A DNA stretch of 64,000 bases from a bacterium (GTDB lineage Bacteria; Hinthialibacterota; Hinthialibacteria; Hinthialibacterales; Hinthialibacteraceae). Below the pieces are notes generated by a model. It saw only the letters and a program-made list of their open reading frames with translations, was not told the DNA's origin and did not search any database. Location: positions 1,056,001 through 1,120,000 of the forward strand of contig CAXXMV010000001.1 of assembly GCA_963662285.2 (NCBI GenBank), read 5' to 3'. Of the stretch, positions 30,748 through 41,110 are shown one piece after another. The translations under genes and the position numbers were made by a program. Each line of letters begins with the position of its first letter. Position 1 is the stretch's first letter.

Positions 30748-31350
30748 TTAAGCGCCTGATCCTCCACCATAGGGACGTGTGATATTACCTGGTCCAAAAC
30801 GGTTGATATCGCCATTGCTATTCAGCCCGTTAGAAGATTCATAGGGCATGCCATATTCGTTGTAGTGGTTTGGACCGATACTGCGAATTTGGTACCGTAC
30901 GACTCCCGCCATTGTTTGATCGTTGCTTCCGCCCGTCCATTGGTTGGGATAACCAGTCCAGATGTTGAAATCAGCGATAAGGCTTTGATTAAGCGGCTGT
31001 ACGTCAGGCTGGGTCGTAATAAAATAGAATGGATCGTAGGCATGTATAAAATTAAATCGTCCAAGAACAGCAGGAGCAAAGGGATCGGGATTAAGAGATG
31101 CTATATAAGAAACCGGAGTAGTGATGCGCCAGATTTGATCCTGTAGAGGGAAATGTCCTCCACTATCCATTTCATACATATCCATTGCCGTTGAATAGGC
31201 GTTCTGATCAGATTGCACGCGAGCGATTTTTGCCCGGATTTGCGCATTAAGAAAATTGGGCACAGCTATGGCGGCCAGGATGCCTATGATTGCCACGACG
31301 ATTAATAACTCGATTAGCGTAAAAGCTTTTGTTCTGTTATTTCTTTTCAT
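30748..31350 (-). CDS. Prepilin-type protein (pilin paralog 2)
   Basis: TKA|FTLIELLIVVAIIGILAAIAVPNFLNAQIRAK; ITTPVSY; YESSNGLNSNGDI; start 31350 or 31371. Confidence 0.9.
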   Translation of the reverse strand: MKRNNRTKAFTLIELLIVVAIIGILAAIAVPNFLNAQIRAKIARVQSDQNAYSTAMDMYEMDSGGHFPLQDQIWRITTPVSYIASLNPDPFAPAVLGRFNFIHAYDPFYFITTQPDVQPLNQSLIADFNIWTGYPNQWTGGSNDQTMAGVVRYQIRSIGPNHYNEYGMPYESSNGLNSNGDINRFGPGNITRPYGGGSGA

Positions 31351-31571
31351 TTTACCCTTTTTACCTTCCATATATTAATATAATAAGAAATACAAATTAA
31401 TATTATGATAATTGTATAATAACTCACATAATAATTTGAGGCGTCTCTATCAATTACCTGATATTATTATAGGTAACTTGGAATTATTTTACAGACTGAT
31501 TAATAACAAGCCGATCATAAATAAAAAGGAATTATATCCATTTAACAAGATAGAAACAAAAAGGAATAAAA

Positions 31572-32276
31572 ATGAGTAATTCACACGCTAAACAATTGAT
31601 AACACTAATAATTCTGCTGATTATACCTATTGCGTCTTCAGGCGCCCACGAAACAGATAAAGTAGTTTCAGCAACACCGGTAATTCAAGCAACTCAGCAG
31701 GATCAAAACGTTTACTATCTACAAATTCGCGTTATCTTCGCAGGCAAGACGGGAATCTATGGCAACGTAGTCCGTGAACTACGTGATATGAAAACAATAC
31801 TTACCAAGTATTTCAAGTATCCATCATACGAACTATCCAACAACATCCGCCTCAGCCTTTTCGGCGATGAAGAAGCCGCCGCGCTGGTCTTCCCGGATCA
31901 TTATCTCCGCATCATCCCCAAAGGAACAGCTAAAGGTGATAAGCTGAAAGCCAAAGTGGAGTTGTATCACGTCTCATCTGAACGCGATTCACGAACCAGG
32001 CTCGAAGTGGGCGAACTGGGTAAAATGATTCAATTTCAAGAGAAAGAAAAAGAGGGCAGCCACTCAAAGCTGTTTCCCATCGCCGGATCGGCTATGATCC
32101 TTAATCCTAAACAATGGGAAGCATTCGGCGGGGTTCCGGTACGCGTAAATTCTCAAGGCCGAGTAAGTTCCAACACTATGTCATCATCACCCATAAACCA
32201 ACCGGGAGTCAGCACAGCGCTTGGTCAAGAAAAATACCTCATCCTCGGCATCCAACTCGACGAAGTACGAAAATGA
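31572..32276 (+). CDS. Hypothetical secreted protein
   Basis: 234 aa with signal peptide; AAGGA RBS. Confidence 0.7.
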   Translation: MSNSHAKQLITLIILLIIPIASSGAHETDKVVSATPVIQATQQDQNVYYLQIRVIFAGKTGIYGNVVRELRDMKTILTKYFKYPSYELSNNIRLSLFGDEEAAALVFPDHYLRIIPKGTAKGDKLKAKVELYHVSSERDSRTRLEVGELGKMIQFQEKEKEGSHSKLFPIAGSAMILNPKQWEAFGGVPVRVNSQGRVSSNTMSSSPINQPGVSTALGQEKYLILGIQLDEVRK

Positions 32277-32325
32277 TATTGCCTATAGTGAACCTCAAAA
32301 TGATTCTGTAATGATAAAAACACAA

Positions 32326-32352
32326 AAGAGGCGGGAGATGATCCCGCCTCTT
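32326..32352. terminator. Bidirectional terminator
   Basis: AAGAGGCGGGA / TCCCGCCTCTT between convergent genes. Confidence 0.7.
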
Positions 32353-32382
32353 GAAATATTACTGATTAATACGATGGGTTGA

Positions 32383-33147
32383 TTATAGTGAGCCGCAGTT
32401 TTCGATGATGCCATTGAACAATTCCGGTTTAAGGGCTGCGCCGCCGACCAGGGCGCCGTCGATATCCTGCTGAGTGAGCAGTTGATTGGCGTTTTCGGCT
32501 TTAACGCTTCCGCCGTATTGAATACGAACGGTCTGGGCAGTTTCTTCGTCGAACATATCAGAGACGACTTTGCGGCAGAACGCATGTACTGATTGGGCGT
32601 CATCCGGAGTAGCAGTTTTACCGGTTCCAATAGCCCATACTGGCTCATAAGCCAGAACCATGCCTTTAACCTGATCCGTAGTCAATCCAGCCAGTCCACC
32701 GCGCAGATGATCTTCGCAAACGGCTTCAGTCTTGCCCGCTTCACGCTCTTCTTCAGTTTCGCCGAAGCACATGATGGGGATAAGTTTTTTCTCGAAAGCG
32801 AATTTAACTTTTTCGTTAATGAATTCGTTGGTTTCGTTGAAATAAGTACGGCGTTCGGAGTGTCCGATAATGACATACTGGCAGCCTGTATCGAGTAGGA
32901 AATCAGCAGAAATTTCGCCAGTGTAAGCGCCGCCGTCTTTGGGGTAAAGATTCTGTCCACCAAGGCCGATCTTGGTTCCTTTAACAACTGCATTAACTTC
33001 ACGTAGTGAGGTATAAGGCGGGCAGAACACGATGTCGACGGCATCCGACTGACCGTATTTATCGGCGATTCCTTTGGCTAGCGCAGCAGCTTCTTCAGCT
33101 GTACCTGCATTCATTTTCCAATTGCCTGCAATGATCAATTTACGCAT
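32383..33147 (-). CDS. tpiA: Triosephosphate isomerase
   Basis: AGNWKMN, GHSERR, AYEPVWAIGTG, YGGSV, GALVGGA. Confidence 0.98.
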   Translation of the reverse strand: MRKLIIAGNWKMNAGTAEEAAALAKGIADKYGQSDAVDIVFCPPYTSLREVNAVVKGTKIGLGGQNLYPKDGGAYTGEISADFLLDTGCQYVIIGHSERRTYFNETNEFINEKVKFAFEKKLIPIMCFGETEEEREAGKTEAVCEDHLRGGLAGLTTDQVKGMVLAYEPVWAIGTGKTATPDDAQSVHAFCRKVVSDMFDEETAQTVRIQYGGSVKAENANQLLTQQDIDGALVGGAALKPELFNGIIENCGSL

Positions 33148-33265
33148 GAAACTATATCTCCTTTATTTAAATTTTCGCGTTTTGATTTATACATATCTTA
33201 TCACCTGCTCATGATAGTACACAGGTGGACGGATTGAGGGTATAGAGGAAAATCCTGGTTCTTTT

Positions 33266-33745
33266 TCAAGCAATTTTCCTAAGCAAGACAGTCGCCATGG
33301 CCAACAGGCCATCTTCTGGTTGGAAGATTACTCCCTCTGTGCGGGTGGCTTTGACGCTTACCTCATCTTCGCTCACACAGAGCGGTTTGGCCAGGGTGCG
33401 GCGGATCCGGCGGATATGGGGAGCGAATTTCGGCTCATCAGCAACAATGGTGCAATCGATGTTCTCAATTTTATAGTTAGCATCCCGGATGAGAATCATG
33501 GTAGTTTGCAGCAGCTCGATGCTGTTAACATCCTTAAACCTGGGATCGGTATCGGGGAAATGTTGGCCTATATCGCCCAGCGCCAATGCCCCCAACAGCG
33601 CATCAATTATGGCATGAGTTAAGGCGTCGGCGTCGGAATGTCCTAGAAGCCCCTTTTCATGCTTGATTTCCACTCCACCGATAACCAATCTTCGGCCATA
33701 TTCCCAGCGATGAAGATCAAAACCATTGCCAATTCTATATGTCAT
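33266..33745 (-). CDS. ispF: 2-C-methyl-D-erythritol 2,4-cyclodiphosphate synthase
   Basis: RIGNGFDLH, GHSDAD, GDIGQHFPDTD, SVKAT. Confidence 0.95.
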   Translation of the reverse strand: MTYRIGNGFDLHRWEYGRRLVIGGVEIKHEKGLLGHSDADALTHAIIDALLGALALGDIGQHFPDTDPRFKDVNSIELLQTTMILIRDANYKIENIDCTIVADEPKFAPHIRRIRRTLAKPLCVSEDEVSVKATRTEGVIFQPEDGLLAMATVLLRKIA

Positions 33746-34151
33746 TATTAAACCTCAGCATAATGGATGTTAATATATTACCTGGTTTGATTGTGATGGT
33801 GAATCCATATTAAATAAACCGGAGTATGTGCATAATAACCTTAATATTAGCGTTGCGAAGATTAAGCGTGATAATAGATCAATTATTAGAACTGTGTAAA
33901 TAGGAGATTTCTCAATGAAACTTTGGTGGTTATTAACAATATTATCATTTTCGCTTCTTGCAGAGGGAAAAGGGATTTGTTAAAGATGAGCGATGCCTCG
34001 CGCTGGAATGAATTCCGTTTCTACTTGATGATGGAAATGGTTTAGCGGAAGATGATCCAGGGGTATGACTCTTACCTTACTGGATGGTGGTGTATTATGA
34101 TTTTATACAATAATGAATCTCCAGATACAAGAAAAACGAGGGAGAACGATA

Positions 34152-36392
34152 ATGAAGCGTTTTAATTGTATGATTAAAATACTTGTTATAGTAGGAGTTT
34201 TGATAATGGTTGAAGAAATTAATGCATTTGGACAGGGCGCAAAAATCCAGCGTAAAACGGCCTTATTGACTGTACAGCCAGAAGTTGTCGTCAAAGGCGA
34301 CGAGATCAATGCGGTAGTCCAGCCTTTTGATGATAAAACTCTCCTACGTCTAAATTTAACCTATCCAACTGGAAAGATCATTGAACAGATTCAGGTAACT
34401 GGCGATTCATCGGTTACAAGCATTGCTTTGAAGATTCCCAAAGGATGCACAGGCAGTTTACGAGTTATTCTGGAAGCAAGGCGTAATGGTTATTGGATGC
34501 CAGCAGCAACAAGAAATATTGCCGTAATGCCAAATTATTGGAATAGATTAACTGACATTATAAAGAGTATTGAATCTATCGAATCTGGAAAAAGCGATGA
34601 TATTGCTCTTAAGCGCTCAACCTGGGCTGCTTTAGCTTATGCGGAAGATTTGATGGATCGCGTCAAATTTGCTGATTTCAATCAATCATGGGAACTTGAG
34701 CAGCGAATTGAGGAATTAGATTCACAGGCCAAAGCATTAAAACAAGGAAAGAATCCACTCGCAGACGCCCGTGGTTATCAGTTACGCGGCTATCGCTCTG
34801 ATTTGAACGGTGAGATTCAACCATATTCGTTGTATATTCCAAACGGTTATGGCATTGATGAAGCGCAAAAATGGCCAGTAGTGGTGATGCTGCATGGGGC
34901 GTGGTCTAATCATCACCTGGCATTGCGCCGTGTCTTTGGAACGACTAATGATCGTGGAGAAGATGATGTCAGCGCCAAGCGGGTGATGCCTGACCTGCCT
35001 GACGTCCCTTTTATCGTGGTTTCTCCAAACGGTTATGAAACAATGTGTTACCGTGGTTTTGCGGAAGATGATGCGTGGCGCGTACTACACGAAATAGAAG
35101 AGATGTTCAATGTTGACCCAAACCGCATTTATTTGACCGGATTGAGCATGGGCGGCGGAGGAACAGGGATGCTGGGCTTGCGCCATCCTGATCGCTTTGC
35201 CGCTATCGCCCCGGTTTGCGCATTCTTCGGCGCCTTCCTTGATCTTGATGCAGTCGAAAAGAGACCAGAATTTCTACAATGGCCTGAAAATGCCATTTCA
35301 ACTTATAATCAAGCGGAAAACGCCTTTCAACTACCGGTTAAACTGATGCATGGCGATATTGATCCCGTTGTTCCGGTGCATAATTCCCATGCTCTCTATG
35401 CGAAATTACAAAAACTGGGCTACAAGAGTGAAATCGAAGTATACTCCGGCGTCGGACATGCGGCATGGGTTCCCGCTTATGAGAATGCGCGAATATTCGA
35501 CTGGTTTGCTCAATTTGAACGTAATCCTTATCCTGAAAAGGTGGTTTTCAAGACGGCTGATCCAGTGGGAGGCTCATCTTATTGGGTGCGGATTGACGAA
35601 TTGGAGAAAATCCGGCGCTTTGGACGCATAGAAGCAGAAATTTCTGGAACAAAAGTCGAAATTTTCACAGATAATCTTGCTCGCTTCTCTTTAACTATTC
35701 CAGAAAATTTGATTCCGGGAGACGCCGTCGCTCAAGTGATTATTGACGGTAAAGAGGCATATAATGGTACTTTAGGCTCGGAAATTAGTTTCCAATATGA
35801 TAATGGGCAATGGAAATGGCTCCACCAACCAGTTGCACAAAAACTGGCGCCCCTGGTAAATGGCGCCTATGGCGTTATGGAACAAAGACATACGTATGTT
35901 TATGGAACCAATGGGACGTCTGAGGAAGAAGAGGAAGCCCGGTCTTTGGCTAAATCGAAATCGATTTACGGTGATTGGGCGGACGTGCAATGGGATGTGA
36001 TTCCTGAAGATGCTCTTACCAAAGAAATAATTGAGAATAATCACCTTTTTCTGTTTTCTACAATTGAAGGTTCTGTATTCTTGAGGGATCATGCTGATAA
36101 ACTGCCAATTAAGTTGAATGAGGGATTAATTAAAATCGGAGACCGGGTAGTTGAGCCGGATCAGGCCATCGTATTTCTATGTCCTAATCCACAAAATCCA
36201 TCCCGCTACCTGCTGGTCTGTACAGCGACATCAGCGCAAAGTATGAAATGTTTGCGTGAATTTGCCTTGAATCAACGTACGCTTGAGTTTGATACAATTG
36301 GAGACTTTGCTGTTTTTAATTCAGATGGAAAGCCTGTATGGGGCGGCTTGTTTGATAAAAACTGGCAAGTGGAAATGACCGGGGAATTTTAA
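34152..36392 (+). CDS. Secreted alpha/beta hydrolase (esterase/peptidase S9-like) with accessory domains
   Basis: QPYSLYIP, VVMLHG, YLTGLSMGG, MHGDID, GVGHAAW; GGGAG RBS before 34152. Confidence 0.85.
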   Translation: MKRFNCMIKILVIVGVLIMVEEINAFGQGAKIQRKTALLTVQPEVVVKGDEINAVVQPFDDKTLLRLNLTYPTGKIIEQIQVTGDSSVTSIALKIPKGCTGSLRVILEARRNGYWMPAATRNIAVMPNYWNRLTDIIKSIESIESGKSDDIALKRSTWAALAYAEDLMDRVKFADFNQSWELEQRIEELDSQAKALKQGKNPLADARGYQLRGYRSDLNGEIQPYSLYIPNGYGIDEAQKWPVVVMLHGAWSNHHLALRRVFGTTNDRGEDDVSAKRVMPDLPDVPFIVVSPNGYETMCYRGFAEDDAWRVLHEIEEMFNVDPNRIYLTGLSMGGGGTGMLGLRHPDRFAAIAPVCAFFGAFLDLDAVEKRPEFLQWPENAISTYNQAENAFQLPVKLMHGDIDPVVPVHNSHALYAKLQKLGYKSEIEVYSGVGHAAWVPAYENARIFDWFAQFERNPYPEKVVFKTADPVGGSSYWVRIDELEKIRRFGRIEAEISGTKVEIFTDNLARFSLTIPENLIPGDAVAQVIIDGKEAYNGTLGSEISFQYDNGQWKWLHQPVAQKLAPLVNGAYGVMEQRHTYVYGTNGTSEEEEEARSLAKSKSIYGDWADVQWDVIPEDALTKEIIENNHLFLFSTIEGSVFLRDHADKLPIKLNEGLIKIGDRVVEPDQAIVFLCPNPQNPSRYLLVCTATSAQSMKCLREFALNQRTLEFDTIGDFAVFNSDGKPVWGGLFDKNWQVEMTGEF

Positions 36393-36528
36393 AAACGTTA
36401 TACACCGCTAAAATATTATGCAGGGATGTATAGAATGACAGATTATGAGTGGTTTGATAAATCATGAGCATGGCTGGAAGGCCGCCCGTTTTTATACTCC
36501 ACTCCACTAATTTTCAGGACGAAATTGA

Positions 36529-37026
36529 ATGAAAAAATCTCAGTGCCAAACATTTTTCCTGCTAGGCTGCATTACATTATTGCTAGCCTCTTGCGGAGCG
36601 CATTCACCATCAATTTTGAAAGAACACCATCGCTCCATACACATAGCGGTTTTGAAGAATGAAACCCAGCAGTACTCGCTCGAAGAGCGGATGACCCGTT
36701 CGATCATAGCCTCATTTCAACGCGATGGACGATTGCGCGTATCTCCCGGATCGATGGCGGATCTGCAAATGGAAGGCGTTATCAAGTCTGCTGACGTCTC
36801 TCCCATAGGATACACCGACCTGGATCGCGCTATCGGATATACCCTTGGCGTAGTTGTAGAGATAAGCGTGCTGGATGAGTCATCGGGTGAATATTTGATC
36901 GAAAAACGCCCCTTCACCGCGACGGGAACCTATATGCTCAGCAATGAACCCTCAGTAGCCCGTGCTCAGGATGTGACGGACAATTTGGCCGAACAGGTGC
37001 TAAGCGCATTGATTGAAGGGTGGTAA
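36529..37026 (+). CDS. lptE: LPS assembly lipoprotein LptE family
   Basis: Lipobox LASC; LKNET...LEERMT...ADLQMEGVI; terminal W; directly upstream of holA. Confidence 0.75.
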   Translation: MKKSQCQTFFLLGCITLLLASCGAHSPSILKEHHRSIHIAVLKNETQQYSLEERMTRSIIASFQRDGRLRVSPGSMADLQMEGVIKSADVSPIGYTDLDRAIGYTLGVVVEISVLDESSGEYLIEKRPFTATGTYMLSNEPSVARAQDVTDNLAEQVLSALIEGW

Positions 37027-37033
37027 TCGCAAG

Positions 37034-38005
37034 ATGGCTGCGCCTTCAACCAATATCAGATTGCTGCTGGGCGGCGACTCGTTTCAGAGAGATGTGGCTC
37101 TAAAAGAGATAAAAAAGCGCCGCTACGGTGATGAAGAAGCCGAAATTATGCGGTTTGACGCCTCTGCGGGAGATGTTTCCAGCGCTATTGAAGAGGTAGT
37201 ATCATACTCTCTTTTTAATCCAAATCAGATTGTTGTTTTAGATAGAGTAGAAAAGACGCCTAAAACAGATTTAGCCTCTCTGGTAGAATACGCCTCCAAA
37301 CCCCGTGGCGACACGCCCTTTATTTTTTTCGCCCCTTCAGAAAAAGATATATCCAAGCCTCTATTCAAAGCAATCGGAACAACTTATACCCGCACCCTTC
37401 CCAAGACAACCCAAGGTCAAATTCGGAAAATAGTCTTGGAGCGTTGCGCAGAACGCGATGTCTCTTTCCCTGATAATGCTATTAAATTTTATATGAAAAG
37501 CTGCGGCGAGAATATTGATACAGCTCTTAGGGAATTGAATAAATTAATTTTATGGGCGGGAAAAGAAGGAACTATATCGCTCGAATTGTGCCGTAAACTG
37601 GTGCAGACCGAAGAAGAAGAGACTATCTGGGCTATAACCAATGCAGTGGGTGACAAAGATGTACAACAAGCGCTTCAATCGCTTGATCGATTGCTGGAAC
37701 AGGGAGAAAATGAGGTTGATATAACCAGGCTTTTGATTGGCGCGTTCCGGGCATTGTACCATTGCAAGACATTGATGAGAGAAAAAGTTTCGTCTGCAGA
37801 TCTAAGTAAACGAACAGGGAAACATGGATATGGACTAACCAAAACCCAGAATCAGACCAAGGGATTTACTATTGACGCCCTGCGCAGCGCAATAAACCGG
37901 CTTCGCAGAGCTGATGATGAAATGAAGGGAGGCGTCTATATTCCTTCGCCGTCGCATAAGCGAATCCTTATAGAACGTTTGGTGATTGATCTATGCCAAT
38001 CCTAG
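37034..38005 (+). CDS. holA: DNA polymerase III delta subunit
   Basis: LLLGGD, SLFNPNQIVV, RELNKL, IWAITNAV, ADDEMKGG, LIERLVIDLC. Confidence 0.85.
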   Translation: MAAPSTNIRLLLGGDSFQRDVALKEIKKRRYGDEEAEIMRFDASAGDVSSAIEEVVSYSLFNPNQIVVLDRVEKTPKTDLASLVEYASKPRGDTPFIFFAPSEKDISKPLFKAIGTTYTRTLPKTTQGQIRKIVLERCAERDVSFPDNAIKFYMKSCGENIDTALRELNKLILWAGKEGTISLELCRKLVQTEEEETIWAITNAVGDKDVQQALQSLDRLLEQGENEVDITRLLIGAFRALYHCKTLMREKVSSADLSKRTGKHGYGLTKTQNQTKGFTIDALRSAINRLRRADDEMKGGVYIPSPSHKRILIERLVIDLCQS

Positions 38006-38402
38006 AGATATAAAATATAGTTTATTTATTCTGTGTTTAAATGATGCTTTATGATGTTTTTTAAACAAATCCAGATAAATAAATTCCAATATACTTTTGG
38101 AACCACTATGGCCAGATTAATCCTACAGGTGACGAACTTCTATTTTTGTACTATTCTACTGTCCGAAACAATGTTTTATCCCCATACCCAATATGTCCAT
38201 CACCAAGTATCATGGACTGTATAGGTAAAATAGAGAGGTTTGCATAATAGCGTTATTATTAGCGTTTAGAAAAAACCTGAAATGATTGGCTTTTTCTTAG
38301 ATCAAATGCAATAATAAACGAATATATTTTTTAAGAACCGCTCTAGTCTGAGAATAGCAGGGAAATATAAATTTTTTGATTATTCAAGATGGAGTCAAAT
38401 GA

Positions 38403-40880
38403 ATGAATTACCGAAATATTTTCTTCACAAGTTTATTATCTCTAACTTTTTTGTGTCTAATGGGATCATTGGCGAATGATGCGTCTGCGCAAGCTCGTGG
38501 TTGGTGCGAACAAAAGTCTCTTGCTCATGCATCGACCGTAGATACCCGCGTCACGATGCCTTCTGTTATTGCAGATGGCGACGATGTATATATTGTCTAT
38601 AGGCAGGGTAGCATCAAGTTGGTCAAGTCTGCTGATCGTGGGAAAACGTGGAGTGATCCAATCGTAATTGATACCTCGATGCCAGTAACCAATACCCCAA
38701 CTATAGCAGTACTCAAAGGCAAAATCATTGTGGTTTGGCCTGCGCTGGTTGATGTTGAAGGCTTCTCAGCTTTTCAACTCTTTTCCGCCCAAAGTACGGA
38801 TGGCGCCGTAACATTCTCCGAACCCAAAAGAATTACTCATACGCAAGAATCCACTTTCTCGCCTCAATTCTTGATGAATGGAGATAACGCTCAACTACTC
38901 TGGTTGGAAACCCCATTGCCGCAAACATTGGGCAGTATTTCGACTATAGCACGACCTGATTTCACTCCCGAAACGGTTTCTGAAGTGATCAATATGAAAA
39001 TCAATGATGGATCACTGGAAGATAAGATGAGCCGGTTTCGATCAACGATATACGTTCGTACATTTAACTTTACATCTGAACTTTTTTCTCCACCAAGCAA
39101 AGTGGATGTACTTCGCGGAGAATCATTGCCCTACATCTTTACGATTTATGGTCCTATCGCAGGCTCTCTGCACATCACAGCTAACCAGAACACCGAAATC
39201 CGCAGTTATTCTTCAACCGATGGCGGTCAAAAATGGAAGAAGGAATTCCAAAATCAATCTTTCTTTGATCCTCGCAAAATGACGGATATTGAGGTTGTTA
39301 ATGGTAAAATGAATGCCGCCTGGATTGGCCGCACCTATGGCAAGTTAATTGCGGTTAATTTTGTTTCCAGCAATGATTTAAATAAAAACATTCCCCTTTC
39401 CCCTGACCAATACGTGCGTTACGCCCCACGAATAACTTTTAGCGACGGCGATTTCCATATTGCCTGGGAAGCAGGGGAGGAAGAAAATAGCTGGATAACC
39501 TATATACGCACCGATGATGTCTCTCCAACATCGAAAATAACCAGCCCGGATGATCCGGAAATTAAACAAAGAAGCGCTACTTTCTTCTGGGAAGGCAACG
39601 ATAATATTTCCGATACGAATCGTCTGGTTTTCGCATATAGCAGCGATAATGGAAAAACATGGTCTTCTCCCCAAGCGGAAACCAGAGCAACCATCGATAC
39701 TCCATCAGATGGTGATTATGTTTTTATGGTTAGAGCGGAAGACGTGGCTGGCAATATCCAGGAGAAACCTGCGGAATTTAAATTTAATACCTTCAAATCT
39801 GCGCCGGAAACCCGCATCACTCAAGCGCCGCCAGCAAGCATGGTTGTCAACAATCGTTCGGTTGAAGTTAAGTTTACTGGTGATGATAACACTGACGATA
39901 TCAATAATTTGGATTATTCCGCGCAAACCGATGATGGTCCCTGGTCTGAATTCAGAAAAGGCGCAAGCCACATTTTCAACAGTCTTTCCAATGGCCAGCA
40001 TGTTCTAAAACTACGGATGCGTGATTCGCGCGGTAATATAGATCCTACTCCGGCTCAATGCATGGTGACTGTACAGGTAGGATTAGAATTGATTCTTGAA
40101 ACCAAACCACCTCTGACTTCAAACGCGGAATCAAGCGTATTGAGTTGGAAATCCACAGATGACAAAGGCCAGCCAGTTAAACTAAGTTATTTCTATCGCT
40201 TGAATAGAGGTGATGTAAACGAACTGGGCGACAAGCAGACGCTTGAATTAAAAGACCTTAAGGAAGGCCAGCATCGCATAGAAATCTGGGGACGCGACGC
40301 ATCCGGCGACGAAACTCAGAAAGAGAATTACCAGTGGTTAATTGACCGGACTCCTCCCGAAACAACCGCCTCATTTACTAAAGAATATTCCGGGCTTTTT
40401 CCGCGTCTATCGCTTGGATTAAATGACTCTGCTTTGGCCGATGGAAGTACTACCGCGCCCCCAAGCAAATTAAAATATCAGATTGGCGATGGATCATGGA
40501 ATGTTTTGGAAGATGCCAGTTCTTCATGGTCGGTTCCCAAGCCATTGTCATTCTATTCCTGGGGATATGTTGTCAAAATCAGCGCGATTGATGTTGCAGG
40601 CAACGCTGATCCTTCACCGGCTGAAGTTGATCTTCGCATCCATGTTCGCACCAATCCTTATGTTTTCTACTCGGTTGTGGCAGTGTTTGCGATCTTGATA
40701 TTGTTCCTCTTGCGATTGCTATTGAAATCTTTTGCAAATCGCTCGCCACGTCGTTCCCTTTCATCAACGTCGACTACATCTTCTATAAACTTTAGCGAAG
40801 AAAAAAGTGATGATTCTTTTGGCTCTTCCTACTCGATGGATGATGACGAAGAGAAGAAAGACAACGATCCTTATAGTTGA
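38403..40880 (+). CDS. Single-pass surface protein: Asp-box (BNR) domain, Ig-like repeats, TM and acidic tail
   Basis: SADRGKTW, STDGAVTF, STDGGQKW, SSDNGKTW; repeats ending AEDVAGN / RDSRGN / RDASGD / IDVAGN; C-terminal TM. Confidence 0.75.
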   Translation: MNYRNIFFTSLLSLTFLCLMGSLANDASAQARGWCEQKSLAHASTVDTRVTMPSVIADGDDVYIVYRQGSIKLVKSADRGKTWSDPIVIDTSMPVTNTPTIAVLKGKIIVVWPALVDVEGFSAFQLFSAQSTDGAVTFSEPKRITHTQESTFSPQFLMNGDNAQLLWLETPLPQTLGSISTIARPDFTPETVSEVINMKINDGSLEDKMSRFRSTIYVRTFNFTSELFSPPSKVDVLRGESLPYIFTIYGPIAGSLHITANQNTEIRSYSSTDGGQKWKKEFQNQSFFDPRKMTDIEVVNGKMNAAWIGRTYGKLIAVNFVSSNDLNKNIPLSPDQYVRYAPRITFSDGDFHIAWEAGEEENSWITYIRTDDVSPTSKITSPDDPEIKQRSATFFWEGNDNISDTNRLVFAYSSDNGKTWSSPQAETRATIDTPSDGDYVFMVRAEDVAGNIQEKPAEFKFNTFKSAPETRITQAPPASMVVNNRSVEVKFTGDDNTDDINNLDYSAQTDDGPWSEFRKGASHIFNSLSNGQHVLKLRMRDSRGNIDPTPAQCMVTVQVGLELILETKPPLTSNAESSVLSWKSTDDKGQPVKLSYFYRLNRGDVNELGDKQTLELKDLKEGQHRIEIWGRDASGDETQKENYQWLIDRTPPETTASFTKEYSGLFPRLSLGLNDSALADGSTTAPPSKLKYQIGDGSWNVLEDASSSWSVPKPLSFYSWGYVVKISAIDVAGNADPSPAEVDLRIHVRTNPYVFYSVVAVFAILILFLLRLLLKSFANRSPRRSLSSTSTTSSINFSEEKSDDSFGSSYSMDDDEEKKDNDPYS

Positions 40881-40907
40881 TCTTTAGATTGTAATAATTA
40901 AATTACG

Positions 40908-40940
40908 AAAAAGCCGCGTATTTTCTACGCGGCTTTTTTT
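40908..40940 (+). terminator. Intrinsic terminator
   Basis: AAAAAGCCGCGTA / TACGCGGCTTTTTTT. Confidence 0.85.
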
Positions 40941-41110
40941 GTGCATTTTTCAAATCGACTTTGAATCAATCATGTTGTATGATATTCACGAGAAATTACT
41001 ATGTTATAGTTATTAGTCTATACATAAACTTTCATATACTAATAACACTGATATGATGTTGACTACATCTGGCATCATACTGAAAATAATAACATATCTA
41101 TTGGTATCTT

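Noticed and set aside
36529-38005. lptE-holA without upstream leuS
   Set aside because: This rearrangement is common outside Proteobacteria and not informative on its own.
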